From Ramazzottius varieornatus (Eukaryota; Animalia; Tardigrada): a stretch of 64,000 nucleotides of DNA. The translations under genes and the position numbers were made by a program. The notes below the pieces were generated by a model. That model was not told the DNA's origin, searched no databases, and worked only from the letters and a program-made list of their open reading frames with translations. Below are positions 52,936 through 64,000 of this stretch, piece after piece; position 1 is the first letter of the stretch; the number at the start of each line of letters is the position of its first letter. The stretch covers positions 3,827,158-3,891,157 of the forward strand of contig BDGG01000003.1 of NCBI GenBank assembly GCA_001949185.1, in the 5' to 3' direction.

Positions 52936-54418
52936 CTACAGTTCCAGCTCATCCACGATCTCCTTAGTCATCCTGGCGGCTTCGACAGCACAGCCCCACG
53001 AAAGGGAGATACCGTTACCTCCGTGACCGTAGTTATGGACAACAGGCAACGTTCGATCACCCCCGAGCTGAAGCACTTCTTTCTCCAACCGAACAGTCGG
53101 CCGCCATGGGCGTAGTCCAGCCCATTCTCGGATAACCGGCGCACCCTAAAGTGGACGTTCTAGCTTCGAGTGACATAATGAGTTTTCTATGCCTAAAAAG
53201 GTAACAAAGGCGAAGCGAGACGTACGGCCAAAGCAGGAAGCATGCGATTGCACCGCTGCAGAATGCCCAAGCTGTCTTCCGGGTCAACTTCCGTGTTCCA
53301 GTCTCCTTCCTGCCTTGTACCACCCAGCACAAGTGTCTCCGAGTTTGGAAAAATATAGGTAGTATTTTCGCCCATGAGGAACTCTTTGACCCATGGAGCT
53401 CGAACTCGTACGAGTTGGCCGCGAATTGGTGCCATGGACTGGTCGCCGACCAGCTTCATCGAACCAAGACCGGCGCAGTTCGCGACGATCGTATAGTCGT
53501 TCTTCAGGTCTGTCAATCGTTCCAAAGTTTGACTCTTGATAATTCCTCCGGCCTTTTCAAACTGGTCTCTGAGGTATTTCATGTAAATTCGTGGCTCGAT
53601 CACGACGGTTGAGTGAAAGCAGCCGTACCGCCAAGGTCCTCCGAACTTGTCGAGCTCTTTCCCTTGTAGACGCCGGTAGTTTGGTACCAGGTCCCGGTAC
53701 TGTGAGCCTTCCACCAGTCCTGGGTTATCGTTAGAGAAAATGTACCCTGAAAGGAGCAGGAACGGTCAGGAGAAACAAAGCGGATAAACCAGACAGTTCT
53801 GGGCGGATATTACAGTAGGTACGGTCATTGATAACACATTACCTGACACAATATACATGGCTCACATGACATGACATGACATGACATGATACGACATAAC
53901 ATTTACATCTTTCATGTTGTTGTTATTGTTTTGTATCGTTTGTCTTTTGTTTCACGTCCCAAGAGCTATTTGAAGCCGATGAAACCGCTCCAAAAGTCCT
54001 CAACCCTCGTGAGAATCACACCAACAAAGCCGGGGGTATTCAAAGAGGGTTCTACCTACCGCTTAGCTGGAAGATTCCTGCGGAAGATGCATCCGGACCA
54101 TGGTACAGCTGCCAGAAGCGATCAGCTGACTGGGAGAGCCACCGAGGAACGTCTGCCGGATTATCCGCCTGGACGTTGTCCGGCCGAAACAAGCCCGCTG
54201 CACCATCGCTGGTCGTCTCAAGGCTCCACCGATCGGAGATAACGGTAACCTAGAGGGAAGAACGAAACGCCGACGTTGCAATCAGGTACTTAAGGGCTTA
54301 CTGCAACCAGTTTTGAAATATGGCTTACCTTCGCAGACCTTATGGAATTTTGGACGGCCACCGCTGTTGATACTCCCGAAATACCGCCACCTACAACAGC
54401 GATGGAAATGTCTGGCAT
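52936..54418 (-). CDS. D-amino-acid / D-aspartate oxidase family flavoenzyme
   Basis: IAVVGGGISGVSTA (FAD), TTSDGAAGLF, VANCAGLG, PIRGQ, TYIFP, VLGGTRQ, WAGLRPWR and HNYGHGGNGISLSWGCA. Confidence 0.95.
53864..53895. repeat. (ACATG)n pentanucleotide microsatellite in the DAO intron
   Basis: ACATGACATGACATGACATGACATGATACGAC. Confidence 0.9.
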
Positions 54419-54988
54419 ATTCACCTTTCTTTTGATCCGGAAAGAACAAATCAGCAGACGTAAACGCAAACAAGTCCTTTATACATATAAGAGTGAGAAC
54501 TCAATCAAAATTGCACCCGTTAGAAATATTTAATAACTTGGCTAAATAATGCCCGTATTGTACTGATAAGTGAGTGATAACGGATTAACAGCCTCAAGTT
54601 CGCATCTGTGTGTTGTGGCTGAGGATTCCATTCCCAACTGCTTTGTCGGGCGAGGTCGAAACTTCGTTGGAATTTCGTCTTGTCAATGCCGAGTCAAGGC
54701 TAGAAAAATATTTCGAACTGGCCACTCAGCACTTCCATTACGAGGTTCGAATTCTCACAAGTCAGAACACTAGCGTAGGAATGTACATCGCGAACATTCC
54801 TAGTCAGAATTTCGTTTCATAGATTACGTTCTGTTTCGTATTTGAAATTTTCAAAGAGCGCTTGAATATTTTATCCTTTCTTCAAGCACAAATAGTAGCT
54901 TCCGGTCATTTCCGCTTCACTGTGTATACAGGCTCTTCCGCTAATGGGTTCTTAGTACCCTTCTGATTCTCCTGGGTTTGAGCGAATA

Positions 54989-57900
54989 ATGGCGGCTCGC
55001 GGAGACACGTCGGGCGTGGTGGATGGGTCCACGGTTGTTCCGACCACCGAACCTCCGCCGTTTGCGGACATTGGTTCGCCGTCTACCGGATACTTGACGC
55101 TATGTTCAGCTCTCGTCTTCCTCATGATGCCAGGTTTAAATATAACACATAGATGTGGCCCGTTTGATGCAAGATACGATACTCATTCTTTTTTCAGGAC
55201 TCGCTTTTTTCTATTCCGGACTGTCAAAGCACAACAATGCTTTGTCCCTTATCATGCTATGTGAGTAATTTCATGGTTTTTCTTTCTACCTGTTCTCTGC
55301 TTCGTAGAAGTACTGAATATCGAACTACTAGGTGCGGAAGTATGACTTGTTACTTTTCGAAGGATTGAATTCAAATATTTTTTGCAAATTTTTTAGTTGG
55401 TTTTTAAGTTCTCCCGCATGAGTCGTGTTGTATACCAACATTCCCTTCCTTGACAACTGGTAGAAAAATCTTGATTCAAACCCAAACGAGGAAGTTTTTT
55501 CCACCCTTTTTTTGAACTTTTTCTTTCAAAAGAGCGGGCAAAGCAACAAGATAGCGAATCACATCATCGTGTGGAGTTAAGTTAGGACTCAACGATGCCA
55601 GTTAAAAGTTATCGTATTGCGGCTTCAGGATTTTGCCAAAACGGAGAACGTGTTTTATCGCTTGTAAAAGCGACCGGTAAAACGCGCCACTTCAGTGAGG
55701 TAGCGAGAATCAAATTTCTCCCGTCTCACGGACTTCTTGAAACATTTCAACAAGTTGTCCGGTAGATGCACCAGGATGTTTTCTATCTTTGTCTGGGATT
55801 GCTTTGCGATGGAAAGTGTTGCTTCCCGCAAAACGTAAGGTCATATTTCTAAGACTTTGTCCAGATTTCCACCCGGAACACTCTGGCAGGGCACGTTGTC
55901 AGACGAAATCCAAAACTGGTTTCGAGACAGCATTCACCGCAGCATTTAAAAAAACCATCAGCATGTTTGGAACAAAGCATGTGCGCTCAAAAAAACTGTT
56001 TCCGCAAAAGTGGTGGTTTTTTTCAACAGTGACGACCTCGTTTGGACGAATTTTTAAAAGTTGACACCGATCAGTAAGTTGAATCCGGGAAGTGGATCCA
56101 GAAGTTTAATGATAGTGTATCATGTTGCAGAAGATTTGGGAGGAAAAGCTTCGCTGGAACGGGAGAACGAATTTTTTGAAATTGGTGTTGGAAAAAGAGT
56201 AACAAGTCATGCTTTCGCACCTAACATCACCTTGTTATCTGTGCTCTTCGTAGGTATGATGACAATGTCCATTGTGACCGTCCAGTTCTTCCTCTTTGGA
56301 TACAGCCTTTCGTTCTCGGAAACGGGAGGATCTTTCATTGGTGATTTCAGTTTAGGAGGTCTAGGTAGGCATACTAGTTCCCCAAGTACAGTTCGATCTT
56401 TTACTGGATTTCGGGGACCTTCACAGTTTCTTTGGCTTCGACTTTCCAGACTTTCGCTGCAGGCGAAATTATACCTTTGTTGTTTTAGGAACGGTCGGGG
56501 TGAAAAGTTTCGCCAACACCGCGCCTCAGGTTCCGGGTATCTCATTCGTGGTTTACCAAATGCAGTTTGCAACCATTAGTGCTGCTCTGATTTTCGGGTA
56601 AGAAAATACTTCTTCTTTTCGCGGTTCTGATTCCTCTACCTCGCTACCTCTAAGTGCATCTTACAGTTGCATCAGTGTTCAAAACTCTGTTGTTCAAAAC
56701 GATCGATAGACTTTGACCGATTTTAGGGTGATTTCTTTGCAGGTCTGTTCCGGAGCGGACAAGATTCTTGCCCGCCATGATCTACATCTTCCTTTGGACG
56801 ACTCTAGTGTACGACTTTTCCGCTTATTGGAGCTGGGCGGATCACGGCTGGATCCGTAACTTCGCTTGCCTTCGTGAAATGTCCAAAAGTGGCGAACCCT
56901 GCTTCAAAGGCGGATACGACTTTGCTGATAAGTCACTTATACTTATTTGTGTATCTGGGATAAGAGGGAATCAATGAGTAATACCTGCGATAATTGCAAA
57001 GACTGTCCCTATAGGTACGTGGTGGACCCGTTCACATAGCTTCCGGCTTCGCTGGCCTAGCTTATTGCTTGATGATCGGCAAACGAAAACACATGCAGTA
57101 AGTCAACTTCGGATTTCTATTTTATGCTATTTTAATTCCGAATGCAAATACACCTTAGTGCTTTTCAGCGTCGAGCATCATTCACTGGTGAATGTGTGCT
57201 TGGGCGTCGGCCTTCTGTGGGTAAGTACTCGCTCCTGGGCAGGATAAACTGGGACGTCGTTAAATGACTTCAATAATATCGTTTTGCTAAGTGGCGCACA
57301 CCTTCAGGCAATACCAATAGGGAGGTGCACCACTTGATCGCACGATCATGCTTGATTGGTTTCCGACATCCACAAATATTGCACCTACCTTCACCCAGGC
57401 CATTAAGATTGCCAAAAATTGTAATCCTGAGCCTGACTGGTAAAGTCTTCGCCTTAATTCCGTAGACTGGATGGTTCGGTTTCAATGGCGGGTCCGCTGG
57501 TGCCAGTAATGCCAGAGCAGCAATGGCTACTACAGGTAAAGTGATGGTGCTTTCCCTGTGGCATTCTCATTGTGATTCAAAGCTCCAAATTACTTCCTTG
57601 TGGTTCAAGCGGTGTTTCATGGCTTTAGTCACTACGATTTCGGCAGCTGCTGGCTCACTAACCTGGACTTGGTTCGACTACATCTTCACGCGAAAGTTCT
57701 CGGCGTTAAGTTTCTGTTCAGGAGCCGTAGCCGGACTTGGTGAGTACAAACCTCCTACCACGCTAGAGAAATCTTCATGCCGAAGGTGCAGGTAAGCCAT
57801 CTGTTGTCTTGCAGTTGGTATCACTCCCGCAGCGGGATTTGTTGCTCCCTGGGCGGGCTTTGTGATAGGTATCGTGACAAGCTTGTTCTGCAATGGCTGG

Positions 57901-58809
57901 TGCCGACTGAAGAAACGCATTGGCTTTGATGACTCTTTCGACGCCTGGAGTGTTCATGGAAGCGGTGGGTTCATTGGCTCGCTTCTCACGGCTGTCTTTG
58001 CCCAGAAGTGGATTGGAAGGCTCGATGGTGGGTACATGCCTCTTTGCCCCTAAAATTTGTCTCCGGCTCGGTCTCCGTTATCTTTCATCGAGAAAACCGT
58101 CAAAGTCTGCTATCAATCCTATGTATTCTGTCTGCAGGTACTGACATTGACGGTGGATGGCTCGAAGGAAACTGGATGCAGGTGAGCCATAAACACCTCG
58201 CAGCACCACTTTGGCTAGATCCATATTAACAAACCTTTTTTAGATGGTGTATCAACTTGTTGGATCGGCTGTTATTGTGAGTAGAGTGGCTTCGTTCCTA
58301 TGCGTAAAGTTGCGAACAAGTTGCGATTTGCGTCTACCTGTGCAGGCAGCGTGGTCTTTCGTCGTGACGGTCATCATTCTTTTCGTTCTGAATCGGATAC
58401 CTGGTCTGCATATCCGGCAGTCTGAAGAAGAAGAGAGCAATGGAGGGGATTTCGCGGAAATGGGAGAAGTGAGTACATTGTGTGGTACCTTCGTAGCGCT
58501 AAAGCGACGAACGTTCGCTGTCAAGCTGAGGTCGTCTGTGCTTGGTAGGTTGGCTATATGCTGGTCATATCCGAGCCGGGTGCCGGAGACCTAAGACACC
58601 TGGGAACGGAACCTTTGGGTGTACTAATGGACGGTCGACGAGTCTCAGTGGCCAACCTGAGCGTACATCTAAACACACTGCCTCGAAACGACAGCTACAG
58701 GGAGCGCGAAAAGAAGCCGACATCGTTCCTGACCAACAATCGCGACATCGAACTGAAGCAAATGCCTGTCAGGTCAGTCAGCCCCAAAGTAAAGAATCAC
58801 CGACATTGA
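54989..58809 (+). CDS. Ammonium transporter, Mep/AmtB type (14 exons)
   Basis: LVFLMMPGLAFFYSGL, GYSLSFS, YQMQFATI, GSVPER, DFAGGGPVHIASG, GWFGFNGGS, SGAVAGLVGITPAAGFV, DDSFDAWSVHG and GGWLEGNWMQ. The twin His residues are retained. Confidence 0.95.
55328..56224. mobile_element. Mariner-like non-autonomous TIR element in intron 2 of the Amt gene
   Basis: TIRs TAGGTGCGGAAGTATGACTTGTTACT and AGTAACAAGTCATGCTTTCGCACCTA. TA is present at the left flank, while the right flank reads CA. Confidence 0.8.
57250..57374. repeat. 125-bp intronic palindromic element, copy 8 (Amt intron 7)
   Basis: AAGTGGCGCAC(57289)-N25-GTGCACCACTT. Arms TGGGACGTCGTTAAATGA and TTTCCGACATCCACA. Confidence 0.88.
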
Positions 58810-59267
58810 GACAGGTGCGAAGACTATTCGCCCACTGCTGTCACACTTTTCAAAATACCACTGGAAAGTTTGTTCATAAGTAAAGGGGGGGCTGGTTCGT
58901 GACCATTGTGGTGAAAGTTGGTTGGGCGTGGCTCTTGGCTTGAATGGAGTCGCGAACCGCGTTGAAATTCTTAACAACATAGACAGTTCTTGCACGTCCA
59001 CCTATCATGTCGTCGGTTGACACAAGACAAACCTCTCGAGTATTATCGTTATTGCTTGTAACCGCAATAATTACACGCTCTAAATGCTGTCTAAAAAAAG
59101 TCATCGGTTAAAAAATGCATTCTTCTGGAGTCCGTGTCGAAGGCTTGGTTGACGAGAGAAGACTACACGAATTTAACAATTAAGTAGCAGGCGCCTGTCC
59201 GCCAGATGAGCTTTAATGTCTGGCATTAGCTTGAGAAATAGTGAAACACGATCGCGCATTTTGTTTC

Positions 59268-61439
59268 TTAGGTTCGATTGTCCGGTGGTGTGTCAAGCAA
59301 AACCCAGTCGGAATGGTAGAGTCGTGAGTTCGAGTAATCGTAGTACTGAACCGCTCTATGAAACGGCAAAATACTTTAGTGAAAAATTTGCGGTGAGGGT
59401 TCACAGGTGGTTCGCGGTTCTTACTTTGAACAGTCCACATCGAAGAACCTAGAAATACAGCCGTTTAAATTTTGTGCATGAGACCAATATTCACAACAAT
59501 TGGAGCGTGGGCGACTGATTTCACCCCGGTCGTTGTCCCAAGTGGCGCACGTTTTTATTGTTACTAGCCGGACTCATGCGCCACTTGAGATAACGATTGG
59601 GGGAAATTCTTCGTTGATGTCCCGAGTGTTAGCTTCACAAACTTACCACTGACAAGTGAGGGTGATTTGCGAGAAGAGCTACAAAAGAGATTCTTATTGG
59701 ATTTCACATGCAAACTGAAGCAGCATGTGGTGCCATCAGTGTACAGAAACTGGGCTGACATTCGAACAGTCACGAGATGCTCTTGGTACAGTGGTACCTA
59801 CCGTTCCGTTCGGACATAGGTATGACCACTTCATGGCGTTCACATCGCATCGTCTAATGACTTGGCATCTGAAAAACGAACGATATTTCAAAAACAAGCA
59901 ACAACATGAGTTCTTCGACTGCTGATAATCGTTAAAGTGTAAACGAGTAGCCTGGTTGCACTTTGAGGTTCCTCTTTTGGTTCAAACTTTTGAAAATTCA
60001 TTGAATTTTTACGAATTCTCAAATTCTGTTGAAAGGAAGGTTGGCGTAATAATCGTATTGCAGTAATTTTCTTAGCTTAGGGCAGACTAATTAGCTCGAG
60101 GCTGATTGACAACTGACCTAGCTTCAGGGTCCGCGTAAAACCCTACGTAACAGGAAAGAGAAAGCTTGTTTATTTGGTCATGACATTCTGTGTTATGAAA
60201 CGTAGAAAAGTCTTTGGCTTACCAGCTTGGTGCACGTTTTCGCATTTGAAAGACGTGGCGGGGATCGAACTGTAATTTGGGTAGTCCTTACCAGGAACCG
60301 CCTAAAATAAGTTAGATCTCTTACGTATACCTATCATAGTGAGCCCGAGTACAGTAAGCAGTATACAAAATGGAACGCGTACCGAAATTCAGGTTCAGAC
60401 TTACCTTTTGTAGGGTGTCTTGAATTTCGCCAGGAGTCATGGCTTCCCGTCCCCGTAGATTATCCATCTCCGTCCACACGTTGCCTTGATCGTTGCGTTC
60501 AGTCCTCTCCACCCAGGCCGACATGTCGAACTTTTCACCGAAGAGCTCCGCTTGACTGCCGTTGCCCGAGTGGAACAGAACAGCCCCGGGTACTTCGTAG
60601 TTCGAGCGACCAGCTGAGGACCCGGAAGTAGCGCTCGTGGAGGCTCTGGACTTGAAGGTCGACAGCTTAAAGGAAGATTCGGCTTTGCTGACTCGTTTTT
60701 GCGGTGTCACGACGAACTTCGCCGCATCTGGTGCTTTGGCGTCGAGCAGCTGGGCCGAAACAGACTGATTGTCCGCTGCGCTTGACTTTGGAGCATCTTG
60801 GTTCTTGGTGGCTGCTGACGAGCTCGAAGGCTTGCTGGGCGAGTTCTTAGCCTTAGTTGGGCTTTTGGACTTTTCAGCTGAGCTCTCGTTTGACTGCTCT
60901 TTGGAGACTGCGACTTTCGGGGACTGAGGACTGTCTTTCTGGGCACTACTGGCTGAATTTCCGGCCATATCTTTTGAACTAATGGCCTCACTGCTATTTC
61001 CTTCTGCACTCGAGTTTTCGTCCATAGTGTGGCTGTGTGCTGCCTGCGGCTCTGCCTGAGCGCTCTGACTTGTGAGCCGCGATGTCGTCATCGTGGATTT
61101 CGGGGGATCGTCTGATGGCTGTGGCAGTACGCACAGAACGGATGTCCTACTAGGGTTTGAAGGCTCTTTCTGGAAGTCGAAATTCATGTTTTATACAAGA
61201 AAACAACCGCTCGGTCGCTCAGTATCCATAAAATAGGACCCAGGAAAGTAAACCCGATAAGACTATTTTCCCCAGTGGCGCACGGGTTTTAACTAGGAAC
61301 ACTGACAACGTGCGCCACTTGGGAACACGCTCGCCTACAGTACACTTGAATGGAGAACACGTACGAAGGGTGCAGCGGAAGTTCGCTGGAATAATAATAC
61401 CGCCAGGAATATACTGGGAAAGATAAATAGTCTGTCCAT
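59268..61439 (-). CDS. Secreted chitin-binding protein (CBM14/peritrophin-A) with a long Ser/Lys-rich disordered N-terminal region
   Basis: Signal exon MDRLFIFPSIFLAVLLFQRTSA. Spliced domain AVPGKDYPNYSSIPATSFKC...GFYADPEARCQVIRRCDVNAMKWSYLCPNGTLFSQITLTCQWFFDVDC. Confidence 0.88.
59501..59625. repeat. 125-bp intronic palindromic element, copy 9 (CBM14 gene intron)
   Basis: AAGTGGCGCAC(59540)-N25-ATGCGCCACTT. Arms ATTTCACCCCGGTCGTTGTCCC and GAGATAACGATTGGGGGAAAT. Confidence 0.9.
61234..61359. repeat. 125-bp intronic palindromic element, copy 10 (CBM14 gene intron 1)
   Basis: CAGTGGCGCAC(61273)-N26-GTGCGCCACTT. Left end GGACCCAGG is shared with copy 4. Confidence 0.85.
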
Positions 61440-63463
61440 TCCCCCGCGATAGTGAGACCTCATCGTCGAAATCTGCCAACACCCAGGTCGGGCTGCGCAC
61501 CAGAAGTCCAATGAGTTACGGAAGCCAATAATCAATCACTGGATGGGCGTAGGCTGAATTCCAACCGTTTTCCAGTGTACTATCTACTGAAACTTGTATT
61601 ACGTGCACAGTCGGGGATCTCGCCACGAAATTCAAAAACTCGAGCAAGACTGCGAACTGGTCTTTGACGACTTTTGTGCGGAAAGTGAATTCGCTGTGTA
61701 ATCTGATGTTTATATATTGCGAAAGAAGCGGCTGATGTTGGTACTTGTTAGGTCACTATGCATTGTCTTTCCACAAGGACCACAGCATTCTTGAGTTCGT
61801 GGTGGCGCCAGTGACCAGCTACGGAAATCATGATCAAGAACAACGCGCGCGTTGTCTCGATTTGTGTTGGCCGTCGGGCGCCACGAAGACCGCGTGCACG
61901 TGGATGATTCCCATGCATTCCATGAGAATTTAGACAGTTGTATGAATATTCATTGGAAAATAACAGCATGTGATGGTATCAGTGGCGTCAGTTTACGATC
62001 GCGACCCATTGCGATTTGTTGAACCAGAAATTAGGCTCACGATATGCAAATGCGGCTGATGAGCTGTTCGAACTAATAACGCAGATATTTATCCGCCTCG
62101 TATACGAACAAAAAAAATTGTTTTTCTGGGTGGTACCGACAGAACGATGATCAAAAGCTCCGATCTTCAGAATCAGCAGGAAGGCTCTTTAAAGCTGAAG
62201 GTGGGGTCGTATGCACAACCATTTGCTCCTTCAGGTGGCGCTTCGAATATGTTGCAAAGCTTGTTATCGAGAACAGCGCGCCAGCAGTTAGAGTTTTCCT
62301 CCTTTAATATTCTGGCATTCCGGTATCAATCTTGCACTTCAGGAACTGAACAGTCAACAGTGTGGAGCCTTTCTAGACTTGGCGTCCTCGTATAAAATGG
62401 CAAACCCTTCTGGGTGGTCATCTGCACAGTCATAGCGTGTGGCTGACCAACTCACAGGTGGCGCCCGATTACCGCAGGACTGAAGACGCCAGTGAAATTT
62501 TCTTGATCAGGTTCGCAGGTTTCTGCTGCCAGTAAATATGTCGTTCGCAAAGCCAGACGCATGAAATTCTGGCCGGATTTTGATCTGTTCGAATTGCCCA
62601 ACCAGGTACCATTCCCTCAGCATTCCTGTAGTCTACTGTACAGAGAGATGTGGTTGCCATAATACTGTATTGTATTATATTGGATCTGCTATAGAAACTT
62701 CGCGTTTGGTGGGGAACCTTTTTTATTAAAACAGGGTTTCGACCGAGCTCTCAGAACTTTACCGACCACTTCCGATCTAAGTAAGGCATACCAGTGGTGT
62801 AACAGAACTTTGTCACTTTCACCCGACTTTATGAAAAGTCCGACGAAAGGTGTTTTACATCGGGCGGAAATCAATTGAAGGTTGTGTGACATGTAGTGGC
62901 CATTAATTGGCACTTCGAAGCGATAACACAACATGGCGTACGTTGTATGCCTACGAAACTTCTTAAACTAATTTTAGTAATTTACGGTCGTCGTGATACA
63001 TCTTTGGTGTTGAATGGACGGAATATGGCGGAACGCGCGGCGCTGATCAAACTGGCCACTTGTTCTATCTTGCTGACGGCAGCTCGACATTGTTACGGTT
63101 TCCGCCCAAACGATAAACGTCAAAGCTGAATTGCGTTCGAACTCATTAGCAGAGTCCATTGATCTGCCAGTCATATCTCCTCATTTTATAGAGAAATTAC
63201 GCGTTTATTGCGAAGGTTCGGCGATCAATCGAGAAATTTTATCACACTAACGTGCTTTCGGACCAATATTTCCGTCGGAAAGTGCCAACTGACAAGTTAA
63301 TAGCAAGATTTCTAGTTTTTGCTCTTTCTCTCTTGTGACAAAGTTCGAGACCCATTTTAGAATTCGTAAATTCTACCGGCTTCTGAGTCAATGGTATCTG
63401 TACTTCATTGGGAAACTGCATTTTGAGATCACTCGAGAAACTTCCGGGTTTGGGATTAGATCG

Positions 63464-64000
63464 ATGTTACCTAACTCAGCTGGACTGAAAATGCTTTCGT
63501 GTGTTTTCGTGCTTGCCGTTGGTGGATTCATTAGAATGGTACAGGCAGGTAGGTTGACTCGTCGGAAACAAAACAGATTCGTCTCTGCGCATTTTGACCA
63601 ACCTCCTTTGTTGTTTGAAAGAAACGTTACCGTCGGATCCAGCTCATATGGACAATGCCTTTGAAATTCCTTTGTTGGGAAGCGAAACCCCCGAAGAGCG
63701 TCTGTCGCGTTTACAAATGATGCTTCAGCAGTTTCCAGACCCGATGGATGCGCTGCTCAAACTGGGCGAGCAGACCAAGAAATTCAATTCGGTCAACTTC
63801 CCACGGACGCCCTTCAAGCAACTTCCGCCCCAACTACTCCAACTCGCTAACAGTGTAAAGGCACTTACCACCGAAGGAACAACTTCTACCCTTTCCACCA
63901 CCACAACGTCCACTTCGACCACCATTACGATTCCACCTTCGACTTCCACTTTAACAACCACTACCACAACGACTACCACAACTCCGACGCTCTCGACAAC
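63464..64000 (+). CDS. Secreted Thr-rich (mucin-like) protein, 5' part, truncated by the window end
   Basis: MLPNSAGLKMLSCVFVLAVGGFIRMVQA is signal-like. A downstream open exon reads FPDPMDALLKLGEQ...TTSTSTTITIPPSTSTLTTTTTTTTT. Confidence 0.6.

Noticed and set aside
55789-56064. ORF faintly resembling a mariner N-terminal HTH
   Set aside because: Similarity is too weak to call a transposase by eye, so only the TIRs are reported.

Overview
Eukaryotic (metazoan) genomic DNA from a compact invertebrate genome with dense genes and mostly 55-100 bp introns. A tardigrade-like source is suggested by the style of the chitin-binding protein but is not proven. Genes reconstructed by manual splicing, in order: lamin-family intermediate filament (5' part), METTL17/Rsm22, SLC5A Na+/solute symporter, divergent USP22-like deubiquitinase, VEPH1/Melted, SMC6, a small orphan gene, a secreted orphan, MFAP1, OSGEP, PRDM1/Blimp-1, ACAA2, BtpA/SgcQ-family protein, TP53INP/DOR, a small secreted Cys-rich orphan, D-amino-acid/D-aspartate oxidase, a Mep/AmtB-type ammonium transporter, a CBM14 chitin-binding protein, and the start of a Thr-rich secreted protein. 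Four TIR-bounded DNA transposon copies and a hAT relic are present, mostly in introns. Three observations stand out. (1) At least 10 copies of a ~125-bp palindromic element, all intronic, with fixed geometry (39 bp arm, AAGTGGCGCAC, ~25 bp variable spacer, GTGCGCCACTT, 39 bp arm). (2) A fungal/prokaryote-type ammonium transporter with 13 introns, one of which appears to be a U2-type AT-AC intron derived from a GT-AG intron. (3) That transporter lies head-to-head with an ammonia-producing D-amino-acid oxidase. Multi-exon CDS coordinates are gene spans from start to stop, read by eye.
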